Made by a program: the position numbers and the translations under genes
The notes under the pieces: model-generated
The model's input: the letters and a program-made list of their open reading frames with translations, nothing else
What the model was told of the DNA's origin: nothing
Databases searched by the model: none
Source of the DNA: Felis catus
Lineage: Eukaryota
Direction of reading: 5' to 3'
Assembly: GCF_018350175.1 (NCBI RefSeq)
Contig: NC_058373.1
Location: forward strand, 111,540,001 to 111,604,000
Length of the DNA stretch: 64,000 nt
Shown here: piece by piece, positions 14,778 to 27,500 of the stretch
Layout: every line of letters starts with the position of its first letter
How positions within the stretch are numbered: the stretch's first letter is position 1

Positions 14778-14807
14778 CTTTTTTTAAAAAAAAAATGTTG
14801 ATTTCTT

Positions 14808-14843
<36 letters not shown>

Positions 14844-15016
14844 ACTGAGTGCTAGTGGGGAAAGGGGAGAGAGAGACACACACACAGAATCCCAAGCAGG
14901 CTCCAGGCTCCTAGCTGTCAGCACAAAGCCCGACACAGGGCTCAAATTCATGAACCGTGAGATCATAACCTGAGCTGAAGTCGGATGCTTAACCGACTGA
15001 GCCACCCAGGCACCCC
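14778..15016 (-). mobile_element. CAN-SINE
   Basis: Head, (GA)n tract and T tail. Confidence 0.92.
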
Positions 15017-15916
15017 CTCTCCTCTGCTTTTTTTTTTTTTTTTTAACATTCTTTCGTGTTAGATTCAGAATCAATTTAAAATCTGGTGATCATCAGAATT
15101 ACCAGAGGTTTATTATTATTTTTTTCTGTGCTGTTTTAAAGGATTAATATTGTTTGTGAAGGGAAAAAACCTGATTGCCCTCTCCTTTCCTATTCATTGT
15201 TTTTCTATAAGATTCCATCAACTGTTATTTAAAGGCAGTATCTTTGATTGATAAATTGATTAGAGAGGGAATCACCTGGAATCTCAGCTCTTTTATTTCT
15301 TGAAAATTATTTCTCTCCACTTCTATTATTTTTGATCATTTTATCTGGATTCATTAGAAAGTAGAGGAGCAGAAAGAGCCTCTTTCTCCTGATTCTTCCT
15401 GTGTAGTACACCATCAAACTCCTCAACATCTCGAGCCATAATTACTGCTCCCTTAGTTCTCTCACTGCCATAGTGATGGATGTTTCCCTTCCTGCCTTTT
15501 ATTCTGTATAATACAGCTGATGTGACTGGTTTTGACAATATTGTCTTTCCACAACTTGTTTAAAACCCTTCAATGGCCCTCCATTGCATGTAGTAATAGA
15601 CACTAACCTTCTTTGCATGGCATAAGAGGTCTTTGTGATCTGGTTCTTACCTACTTTTTGCTTTCATTTTCCACTGCTTCCACTGTAAAATAAGTAGTAC
15701 TCAACTGCTCTGCCATTCCATTTTACACCATCAGTCCTTTGCACATGTTGTTCTTTCTGCCCAGAATGTTTTCCACTCCCTTTGGCCAGTTCTGATTTGT
15801 GCGTTTAAAATACAGCTCATGCATTGTCCTTTCTGTAAAGCCATCCTTGCTTGTCCTCCATCTTATCTAGCACTCCAGTGATAATCACTTTCTGCTACCT
15901 AGACACAAATTTGCTA

Positions 15917-16094
15917 TGAGAGACAGGGCATGAGCAGGTGAGGGGCAGTGAGAGAAGGAAGCACAGAATCTGAAGCCGACTCCAGGCTCTGAACTGTCAG
16001 CACAGAGCCCCATGTGGAGCTTGAACTCATGAACCGTGAGATCATGACCTGAGCCCAAGTGGATGCTTAACCAATTGAGCCACCCAGGTGCCCC
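15917..16094 (-). mobile_element. CAN-SINE lacking tail
   Basis: SINE body and head are recognisable; no polyT. Confidence 0.9.
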
Positions 16095-16150
16095 TAAAAT
16101 GCACTTTAATAATGAATTTTACAGTGCCAATTTGACTTTTAAGAAATCTT

Positions 16151-16377
16151 GGGGCACCTGGGTGGCTCAGTACGTTAAGCATCTCTTAATTTTGGCTCAG
16201 GTCATGATCTCATTGTTGGTGAGATTGAGCCCCACCTCTGGCTCTGTGCTGATAGCGTGGAGCCTGCTTGGGATTTTCTCTCTCCCTCTCCCTCTCTCTC
16301 TGCTCCTCTCCCGTTTGTGCATATGCATGTTCTCTCTCTCTCTCTCTCTCTAAATAAATAAAACTTAAAAAAAAAAA
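16151..16377 (+). mobile_element. CAN-SINE
   Basis: Head ggggcacctgggtggctcag, CT tract, aataaa and polyA. Confidence 0.92.
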
Positions 16378-18189
16378 CTCTATTAAAGGTAATTAGAAAA
16401 TAATTAAAGTGAAGAATGCCTTTAAATGTGAACTCTTAAAATTAGAATATTTAATCTTTGTTAATGGCATTTATCTAGCATGTTATATTTACTTTGACAT
16501 ATATTCTTTATCAAAGAACTTGGTAAGAGTCATCTGTTTATCTTCCACAGCATTTTCTTCTATCATTTCTAGTCTAAAACATTACTGGTATGGCTGATAA
16601 TTATTCTGTTTCTTAAAGTATGAGCATAAATCATATTATCTGGGCTAGAAAGTACAAAATTATCTAATAACAATGGTAATGAAGTTTATAAATGACCTGA
16701 CAAACTGGTGATCTGCAATCTAAAACCTTTTCAATTGAATTGAAATTAATTTTTGGCCTCTCTAAATTCTGTTGATTTTTTTTTTTTTTTTTTTGCCCTT
16801 TAGGGTTGATTATTATTTTTTTAACTGGGTTAAATAAATGTACATGGAGATGATCACACGCACACATATATGCAAAATGGAGAGTTATAATTTTGATATG
16901 TTATGATTTTAATTATAGAGCTACTATAATAAAAATGACTTTTTTTACTTGGATGTGAGTATGCATAGTTTGAAGATTAAATATACTTATTAATCATTGC
17001 TTTGACAGCAGCAGTGTTCAGATAAATTTCTCAGTATTGTCATATAATTTATATAGTATTCTTTCCAAAGCTATTAATTCATTTATAGCAGTTAAGACTA
17101 TTGTTTTGAAGAAGGATTGTCTTCCTTTCTTATATGATAAGCTATTGTAATGTTACTGAAGTTTTTAAAAGCCATCCTTCTTTCATGTTCCTTCAAATTT
17201 TCCTAGTAGACTGTGGTGTGGGTGTGCAGAATAGCTAGAGAAGTTACTAAATTGCTCTTTTGATAGTTTTCAGCTAACATCTCCAAGATGCCATAATAAG
17301 AAACCACATGAGAAACTACATAATTCTTTTCATGACCCAAGAGATTCTTTTGTAAAGAAAAATCATAGCTTAATACATGTGATTGTTTTCTCTCAAAGGA
17401 CTGATTATATTCTAGTATATAGAGCATGGTTCTGTGTAAACACTTACTTTTATATGCAGAATTTTATTAAATTTTTTGTAGACCAGTCATCCTAGTTAGC
17501 TCAGCAGCTAACTAGAAGGTGTAATTATATTCTTTATAATCTTTATAAAATTTTGGGGATGTACGATAAAGATATTCCACAGTGGTCTGTGCCATTCCGC
17601 AATAGAACTTAGTACAAATGTTAATAGGTAACATTTATTGGGCTCCCTTCTGGAGCATTCAGTCTTCAAAACGAATCTTTGTGGTACTATTGTTTTTGTT
17701 TGTTTCTTCTCTGTCTTAAAGCTTTCACTTTGAGACATTATGGAAAAATCTTACAGGTACACATAGAAAAGTAAGACATGATCACAGTTTGTGTTACTAG
17801 TAGGACCGGATCAAGGTCCATCTGACTCTAAAACCGTTATAATGCACCTAACTAGCAGGTAAAAAGGCACTGATTTGGATGATCTTTACAGTGATGGTAG
17901 TGATGAATTCATCCATGCTTATTAGAATGATGTATATCCCAGAGTAGTTTGGCTTGGGATAAAGGGCATGATAATGTAAAAGTTTTTGTGGAGGCCTAGA
18001 AACTCTTTGTACCTATCTTAAAACAGCTGAGGATTTTTGGCTCTAGTCAGTGACCAATATGGGGAACTAAATCAGGGTAATTAAATCAGGGTAACATTGA
18101 GTCAGATATTGACAGTTCATGCCATCTCTTATTAAATTTGCTAATAGTTCTATTTTATTCTATTACCTAACAGAAAGAAAGAATAATAA

Positions 18190-18375
18190 AATCCTGGATT
18201 CCAGTTCTGGCTGAACAGCTTATTAGCTTTGGAACCTTGAACAAAGTTGCTTAACTTCTCTGAACCTCCATTTCCTTATCTGTAGGAATACCTCCTTTTT
18301 CATGATTATTGTGAGTTGTAAATGAAATAATTATCTTAAATGCTGAGCACAATGCCTTGATGATAATAGGAGTAC
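18190..18375 (+). mobile_element. MIR SINE remnant
   Basis: Core motif accttgaacaaagttgcttaacttctctgaacctccatttccttatctgta. Confidence 0.7.
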
Positions 18376-18409
18376 TAATATGATAATAGCTGTTATAACT
18401 ATATTGTCA

Positions 18410-18627
18410 TTTTCTTTTCTTCTTTTTTTTTTTTTTAGAGAGAGAGAGTGAGGGTGCACGAGCATGTGCACAGGGGAGGGGCACAGGGAGAGGGAGAGAG
18501 CGAATCTTAAGCAGGCTCCTCGCCCAGCCCCAAGCCCAATGTGGGGCTAGATCTCAAGACCCTGAGATCGTGACCTGAGCTGAAATCAAAGGTTGGATGC
18601 TTAACTGATTTAGCCACCCAGTGCCCC
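18410..18627 (-). mobile_element. CAN-SINE
   Basis: SINE head, body and T tail. Confidence 0.9.
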
Positions 18628-20263
18628 TGTATTATAATTTTAATTATTCATGTTAGAAGAAACAAGAGTAGGGAATAAATTTTTTTTTAATTTGTTTTTT
18701 AAACTTGAGCCCTTTTGAAATAAGCATCTTGGTGATAAGCATTCAGACAGATTAATATGCCCGACCCTTACATTAGAAACATTATAGTCATAGCAATCTG
18801 CAAATTTGTTTAATTTCAGAGAATTCTATGATGAATCTAAATGTACATGTTCCTACCTTTAGATGTGTGTGTGTGTGTGTGTGTTTGTATATACACATGT
18901 ATATATGTATATATATGTGTACATACACACATACATATATTTCTCTTTGGGGAGAAAAAAAAGTATATGCATCTATTGAATCTAGACTAATTTAGCTTTT
19001 AGTGTTTTTGTTTGGTAGTCTTATCCTCATTTCTTCATTTATTGTCATCATTGAATTGTGGAGGAAAATAACGTTATGTTTCCATAATAGTACACTTACT
19101 TATTTCAAAGACTAAAACTATTGTCTGAAGATATATTCTATTTCAAAAATTAAGTAAAAATTTACAAATATTTTAATGGTTTTTAAAACAATTTTTACAA
19201 GCCTCTTAACATAAAACTTAATTTTTGCTTGTTGTTTTTCACCTTATAAATAAGAAATAAGCAAAAACACAAAAATCATCAGCACTAGTAAACAGAAAAC
19301 ATGTTTTCAGAAAATGTTGGCTACTCTAGTATCAGGCATATAAATAAGATAATCATTTTTATAAAAAGAAATTGGAGGAAGAGAAAAAAAGAAAACCTAA
19401 ACTCACTGAGAATTACTCGTAGTTTCTTCCTTTCCATGCATGCTTTTAACAACATTTCTTAAAAATTAAAGGTGTACCTGAAAGGAGACAAGAAGTACCC
19501 TTTTAGAAATTTGTTTTCCAAAAAATAATTTTATTTACTTTAATATATTCTTAGTTAGGTATGAGTCTTTTGTGAAATGTTCTACATTCTTACTCATGCT
19601 AGACAATGGCTGGTACAGGGTTGTAACCAAGCTCCAAGTTTGGGCCTATGTCATATAAAGGCCTTACCACCTTGCAGGAAGTCTATGCTTAGAAGAATTT
19701 GAGGATATGTTTCTGGGCCAGACATCCAGAGATACTCTCTGGTTTGTAAGGTTTCCAAGTCTCTTTCCAAGTCTCTTGTCCTAACGGTTCTGCTTCACTT
19801 AGGAAACTAGTAATTGTTATAGTGTTATCATTTTATTCTACCTTCAAACCTTGCATCTAAAAGATCTGTAGTAGCATGAATTGGCAGATAACCGAAGTCT
19901 TTCCATTTCTTAAGCCATTCACTGCTTTCTTAATTTGTAAGAAGAGATTTCCAATAATAATTTATCAAGTCTACTTAGTATATAAGCTTTGACAAAAATT
20001 CAGTAGTCTGTAAATTCTTTGCCCAGAAGATATTCTCATGAAAGATTCTTGCCCTTTGAGTATATGAAGGAAATCAGCTGTTACTATTAAGAAATGTTGG
20101 AATATTGGAATTTCTCCAAAAAACAATAGATGTTAACAGTAGAGTAACTTGATAATTCAAGGCCAGTATTGGACACTCACTTTAAACAAGAAAACCTGGA
20201 ATGAAATGTCTAAATTTTGACAACAACCTGTATTTTGGGCATTCTCTTCCTTTAAAAGTGTTC

Positions 20264-20492
20264 TTTTTTTTTTTTTTAATTTTTTTTTTTTCAACGTTTA
20301 TTTATTTTTGGGACAGAGAGAGACAGCATGAACGGGGGAGGGGCAGAGAGAGAGGGAGACACAGAATCGGAAACAGGCTCCAGGCTCTGAGCCATCAGCC
20401 CAGAGCCTGACGCGGGGCTCGAACTCACGGACCGCGAGATCATGACCTGGTTGAAGTCGGACGCTTAACCGACTGCGCCACCCAGGCGCCCC
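20264..20492 (-). mobile_element. Young CAN-SINE (SINEC_Fc)
   Basis: CpG-rich, perfect TSD taaaagtgttc. Confidence 0.96.
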
Positions 20493-21939
20493 TAAAAGTG
20501 TTCATTCTTAATGAAAAGCATGAATTTGTAAAAAACAAAACAAAACTGAAAACAAATGCAGCAATTAGATTTTTAAAGAAATAATTGGATTTTCTGTTTG
20601 CTCATATTTCAATTTTACAAATGCTTTGTTTTCACTTCTCACTGATCTTTAGCTGGCTATATAACAGCTTTGTTGTTTTCCCCTTCCTTTACCACTTTCT
20701 TCTTTCTCCCCTTGGCTCTGATAAATGGTGATTTGCTTGTTTGTTAGTTGATTATTCAGAAAATATTTATGAAGCAATTATTATGTGTCAGAGAATGTGT
20801 CGGGTGCTAGATATAAAGTAGTGCCCTCACAGGTTTGAATGTAGCGGAGAGGAGAAACAAACAAGCTCTTACCTTATATAAGTGGTTATAGAAACAAACT
20901 CACCATCAGTAGGGGATGGGTTAAATGGATTGTGAGGTTTCCATAAAATGAATGTTTTGTAGGTGTGTGTGTGTGTAAGGTTTTTAGAAAAATTCATAAG
21001 ACACTGCCAACAGTGGTTGTTTCTATTGAGGGCCCATGGGGATTGGACTTGTTATTCATTATATATTATCTTGCACCTTAAAAAAAAAGAAACAAACCTC
21101 TATTCATGTACTATATTTTCAAAGTTTAAGTAAATAAGATTTAAAGAAAGCTAGCAGTACAATGAACAAGCAAATAAATAAATAATATACTTTTGTCAAA
21201 AAAATATCTAGAGGTAACACCTTGATTTATTAAAACAAGCACTCATTACCCTAATTTGTAAGTTGGCCAAAATGCCCCCTTTTTTTTGTTGTTGTTGTTG
21301 TTGTTAATAAGGGATGCTGTTGTCACATTTGAAATGAGCAGGGGCAACTATCAGTCTAGATTGTTCTGTTTTGGGCTATTGGATGATGAAAGAATGGTCT
21401 GATTTACACTTTCTATTTCACTTGTCAAAATAAACATGGTCACAGATTTCCTTGGAGAATTGAGCCTGAGATCTTTATTTAATGTTGATATTATAGTATC
21501 ATAGAGCTGAATTTGGATACAGATTACCCCATGTGATTATTCTGTTAAAACTGATATGGTTGCTTGACGCTTCTATTCCTTCTTGGCTTCCATTTCAAAT
21601 TTCTGCACATTAGGTAAACTGGATAGGTAAAATGACAAGAAGTTCATTTGAATAAAATGGTATTTTCTCTTTGTAAATAGAGGGCCTGGCTCTTTTGTGA
21701 CAGAACCTTGGCAAAGCTTGACATTTGAATAAATTTAATTATTTTTTTATTCTTTTGCTGGGAATATTTTAGTCCCATGAAATTCTAACTGAAAAAAATA
21801 TTGAGCATCTATGAGTTACTAAGTATAACTCCAACTTTGAACCAGTTTAGTTTATATTTGTAAGTGGTACAAATTTATGTAAGTCATAATGGTATATTGA
21901 TAGGATGCCACTATCATAGATTCTCTTTATAGGTTATTT

Positions 21940-21996
21940 TGTTTCTTTTTTTGTTTTTAATTCTTTTTTTAATGTTTATTTATTTTGAGAGGGAGG

Positions 21997-22031
<35 letters not shown>

Positions 22032-22189
22032 TGAGCAGGGGAGGGGGAGAGAAAAAGAGAAAAAGAACCCCAAGCAGGCTTCTTCTGATCAGCACAGATC
22101 CCAACATGGGGCTCGATCCCATGAACCATCACGACCTGAGCCAAAATCAAGAGTCAGATGCTTACCTGACTGAGCCACCCAGGTGCCCC
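21940..22189 (-). mobile_element. CAN-SINE
   Basis: Head, (GA)n tract and T tail. Confidence 0.9.
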
Positions 22190-22429
22190 TTAATTATTTT
22201 TATCTTAACAGCTCTAGTCCTATATAGCAATGACTAAAGTTACTAAGTTTACTAATCAAGAACTATGTTGGTTACTCTCTTTTAGATAAAGGACATTCCA
22301 CTTGATATTTTTATAGCAGTATTATAATATGTGGTATTACATGATGTCAGAAGTTGGGAGTTAAATATCAGTAATGATGAGCATCTACCCAATTTTTATC
22401 TAGTTTTTTCATTAAGGGATGTCTCTGCA

Positions 22430-24590
22430 GTTAATTAAAGAATATTTCTAATACACAGATGAAACTCAGAAAATAAAATAATCCCATGTCCCTGTCACTC
22501 ATATTGAATAAGTGTTGATATTTTGCTTCAGATTGTTAGAAAAAAACACAGATATTACTCCCTTCCTCAATCCCATTTTTATTCCTCCCTTCCCAGAGGT
22601 AACCACTGTTCTGAGTGTCATACGTATTTTCTGTCCATACTTTTATTCTTATATTATGTAAGTATGTATGCATGAAAGCATGTTGTTTATGTGTTTTAAA
22701 GATTTATTTGAATGTTTCTTGCTACATATATATTTATTATTCTGTGACTTTTTTCATCCAGCATTTGTGATACTTGTGCAAGATTTTGCTTAAGTAATAC
22801 TTGGAGATACACCTGTTACTCTATTGATGAATAGCAAGTGTCTCCTTTTGCGTATCTCCTTGTGTTCATGTGTGCTAAAGTTTTCTGTAGGGTCATTATC
22901 TGAAAGGACATATGCTGAGTCTTAATATATGTGCACCTTTGACTTTGGAGTAATTTCACAGTGTTTTATAAATGAATTCTTCTAATTTTACCTCTTTACC
23001 TTTATTATATGTTATGGGCTAAATTGTGTCTCTGCTGCCCCTCAGATTTATATGTTGAAGTCTTAACCCCTAGTAGCTCAGAATGTGATTATATTTGGAG
23101 TAGGGCTTTTTAAGAGGTTATTAGCTAAAACAAGGCCATTAAACAATGGCCCTGAAACAATTTAACTGGTATCCTTACAAGAAGAGGATATTTGGATACA
23201 CAAAACAAATGTCAAGGAGTCACTCACACAGAAGAAAGACCGTGTGAGCACACATTAGAAGGTGGATATCTACAGGTCAAAGACAGAGGCCTCAGAAGAA
23301 ACCAAACCTTGATTTTGGACTTCTAGCCTTCATAACTGTGGGGAAATTGTTTAAGCCACTAGTTTATGGTATTTTGTTATGGCATCCCTAGCAAACTAAT
23401 ATGGTAGTTCCAAACACTGCTCTATATCCTCACATTCATGTCACGCTTTTTGTGTGATATAACAGAGACATGGTATCTCTGTTTTAATTTGAATATCCTG
23501 TTTAGTAAAACTTTAAAGTTGACCACTTCTCAAGAGTATTAATCAGTGAAGTCCTTATCTATTATCGTATACTTTGCACATTTTTTTCTGAGATTGTCTT
23601 TTTTTTTTTTTTTGGTAGATTTGAAGTTCTGTATATAATCTAGAAAATAATTAGGTGTTTTCCATTCTTTCTGTCTGTGACTTGTGCATAAACTGTATAT
23701 TGCATAGAAATTCTTATTCAGGGCACTCAGATTTATCAATATTTCTTTTTATGGTTTGTGCTTTTAAAATCTTTTTTTTTCAAATTTGTCTCTTTCCCAA
23801 GATCTTGAAGAATGTAAAATTTTAAAGTTTGAATTGTCAGATTATTTAATTTTCATATTTTCTAAGTAGGAAGCCAGAAGTCTTAGTGATCATTTATTGA
23901 ATAATTTATCTTTTCCCTAGTAATTTAGAAGATCCCTCTGTCATACATGCTGGGATCTATTTCTAAGTGCTTTATTCTGTTCCATTAGTCTATTTATCTG
24001 ACCTTATGCCCTACCACATTGTTTAAATTATTATTTTGCAAAATTACATAATCTATTTGGGGATTTTGGTTTTTCATATGAATTTTAGGATCACCTTGTC
24101 AAAGTCAATTACATTTTTTTGGTAATTTTTATTAGTATTGCATCTTAATATATAGATCGATTTGGGGAACAATTACTTCTTCAGAAAAATGTATTTTCCC
24201 CCCATACTAATCATATTGCTTTTTTGTTAGATTTATTCCTTAGTACTTTATTATTTTTTTATTGCTATTTTAAAAGTGATATTTTTTAAAGATACATTTT
24301 GTAATTTGTGCTTATTGTTGTTTAGGAACATTAAGCTAATTTTTATATCTTAATATTGCATCTAGAAATTCCCCTAAACTCTCTTAGTGTAATTAATTTG
24401 TAGATTATCTTGGATTTTCTACATTAAAGATCATATCATCTGTGAATAACACAGTGGTTTCTTCCTTTTCTATGACTGACTTACATCCTTCTTACTACCT
24501 TGGCTGATATTTTCAGCACAGTGGTGAATAGAACTAGTTATGACCGACAGTTCTTCTGTTGTTCTGAACTTTAAAAGGAATACTTCTGAT
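22430..24590 (-). mobile_element. Ancient L1M fragments (interrupted by an MLT1 LTR)
   Basis: T-rich degenerate antisense ORF2 and 3' end motifs (tttattctgttccatt, tatgaattttaggatc, atcatatcatctgtgaat). Confidence 0.65.
23010..23402 (+). mobile_element. MaLR LTR (MLT1B-like)
   Basis: tgttatgggctaaattgtgtc ... ggtattttgttatggcatccctagcaaactaat termini. Confidence 0.85.
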
Positions 24591-24599
24591 TATTTGATC

Positions 24600-27500
24600 C
24601 ATGGAATGAGTATTTTATAGATTTTTGATATTAGCCCCTTATCAGCTATATGGTTTGTACATATTTTCTCCCATTCAGTAGATTGCCTTTTCATTCTGTT
24701 GATCATTTTGACTGCTGTGTAGAAGCTTTTTAATTTGATGTAGTCCTAATTGTTGATTTTTGCTTTTGGTGTCATATCCAAAAAATCATTGCCTAGATCA
24801 ATGTCATTTTTTCCCTATGTTTTCCTCTAGACTTTTATGGTTTCAGGCCTTTCATTTAAGTTTTTAATACATTTTTAGTTACTTTTTATAAGTGGTGGTT
24901 AAGGGAGGGGTCCAATTCCATTCTTTTGTGTATGGTTGTCCAGTTTTCTCAGCATCATTTCTTGAAGAGAACTAGCCTTTTCCCATTGAGTATTCCTGGC
25001 TCCCTTGTCAAATATTAGTTGATGTATATGCAAGGGCTTATTTCTGAGCCCCTGATTCTGTTCCATTGGTCTGTATATCTGTTTTTATGCCATACCATGC
25101 TGCTTTAATTTCTACAGGTTTGAATATAGTTTGAAATGAGGAAAGGTGATGCTTTCAGGTTTGTTCATTCTTAGTATTTTTTATCTTCAGTGTCATTTGT
25201 GTTTCCATACAAATTTTGGGATTTTTTTGTTTGTTTTTTTTTTTTTTTTTCTGTGAAAAATGTCATGGGAATTTGACAAGGATTGTGTTGTGGGTAGTAT
25301 GGGCATTTACAATGTTAATTTTTGTGATTTAAGAACACGAGTAATTTTCCATTTGTTTGTGTCCTCTTCCATTTCTTTTATCAGAGTTTTTGGTGTACAA
25401 ATCTTTCAACTCCCTTTTATTCCTAAGTATTTTATATTTTCTGATGCTATTGTAAGTGGATTTTTAAAAATTTCTTTTTCTGATGTATCATTATTAAGTG
25501 TATAGAAATGCAGCTGGTTTTTGTATGTTACTTTTGTATCCTGCTACTTTACTGAATTTATTGATTAGTTCTAACAGTTTTTTTATGGAGTCTTTAGGAT
25601 TTTTTTGTATACAAAGTTAAATCATTTGCAAAAGTTAAATCATTTGCAAGCAAAGACACTTTTTCCTAAAAACTTTCAACCTTTTACCTGTAGGCTTGTC
25701 ATACGTGGCCTCTATTATGTAGAGGTACATTTCTCCTACACCCACTTTGTTAAGACATCTTACCATGAAAGAATGTTGAATTTTGTCAAATGCTTTTTCA
25801 GAATCTATTGAGATAATCATATGATTTTTATATTTTATTCTGTTAATGTGATGTATCACATTTACTCATTGCATATATTGAACCATCCTTGCATCCCAGG
25901 GATGAATCCCACTTGATCATGGTATATGATCCTTTTAAAGTGCTGTTTAATTTGGTTTGCTAGTATTTGCTAAAAATTTTTTTGAGAATTTTTTTCATCT
26001 ATATTCATCAGGGATATTGGCTGGTAGTTTTCTTTCCTTGTAGTGTCCTTATCTGGCTCCAGTAGCAGGGTAATGCTGGCCTTGTAAAATGAGTTTGGAA
26101 GTGTTCCCTTTCTTCAGTTTTCTGGGACAGTTTGAAAAGGATTGGCATTAATTTTTTTTAAATGTTTTGTAGAATTTGTCCTTGAAGCCATCTGGTCCTG
26201 GAATTTTCTTTGTTAGGAGGTTTTTGGTTGATTGCTCAATCTTCTTATTCATTATTAGTCTATTAAATTTTTTATTTCTTCTTGATCCACGTCATGACAG
26301 GATGTATGTTTTTAGGAATGTATTCATTTCTCCTAGGTTGTCCGGTTTGTTCGCATATAATTATTCATAATAATCTCTTACGATTCTTTGAATTTCTGTG
26401 GTATCAGTTGTAACTTCTTCTCTTTCATCTTTTAAGATTTTAAATGTACATTATTTTTTCAGTCATGCTATATTTTAATGGGTGCACAGTGCTTTCACTT
26501 GGCATCCATTATAAGTTGGTTTTGAAACAATTGAGTATTACACCAGCTGGATGATTACTGATCTCTTCATTCCTTTGGGATGACTCTGCCAACAGGGGAT
26601 AGGTTTCATTCTATTCTGATTTGTATTGCTGCAACACAGAAGGTGACTCCACTAGCTAATAGAGCATTAACATATTTGTCATGGAAATCAGGTGGTCCTT
26701 TCTACCTTGCCATTATTGGCTGAATGCTTTGAACTGGGAGACCACTTAGAGCATATTTTGGCCATGGGAAACACTGTGAAGCTGAAGACAGGAAAATGGC
26801 AACTGCAGCTGTTGGTCTGCTACAACGTCTTACCAAGTCCCCTTGTAAAGAGCCCTGAAAAACCTCTCTTTTTTTTATTCTTTTTTTTTTTCTTGGTAAA
26901 TCTAGCTGAAGAGTTGTCAATTTTATTTATCTTTAAAAAAAACCAACTTTTAGTTTCATTGAGTTATCTTACTGTTTTCCTCTTCTCTATTGCATTTATT
27001 TCTGTTCAGATCTTTGTTATTTCCTTCCTTCTGCTTGCTTGGGGTTAGTTTGTTCTTTTCCTGTTTCCTTAAAATATAAATTTAGTTTGTTTATTCGAAT
27101 CTGTCTTTTCTTAATGTAAGTATTTATCCCTACCATCTTCCGTCTTAGATCTGCTTTTCTGTATCCCCTATGTTTTAGTATGTTGTTTTTCCATTTCCAT
27201 TTGATATTTTTTAATTTCCTTTTTAATTTTTTTCTTTGGCCCATTTTTTGTTCAGGAGTGTGTTTTTTTTATTTTCACATATTTGTGAATTTTGCAGTTT
27301 TTCTCCTGTTAGCTAGTTCTAGTTTCATACTGTTTGGTCAGGAAAGATACTTGGTATGATTTCAGTCTACTAAATTTACTAAGACATTTTTTGTGACCTA
27401 AAATATGATCTGTCTGGAGAATGTTCCCTATGTGCTTAAATGTGTATTCTGCTGCTGTTGTTTGGAATATTCTGTATATGTTTGTGAGGCACATTTTGTC

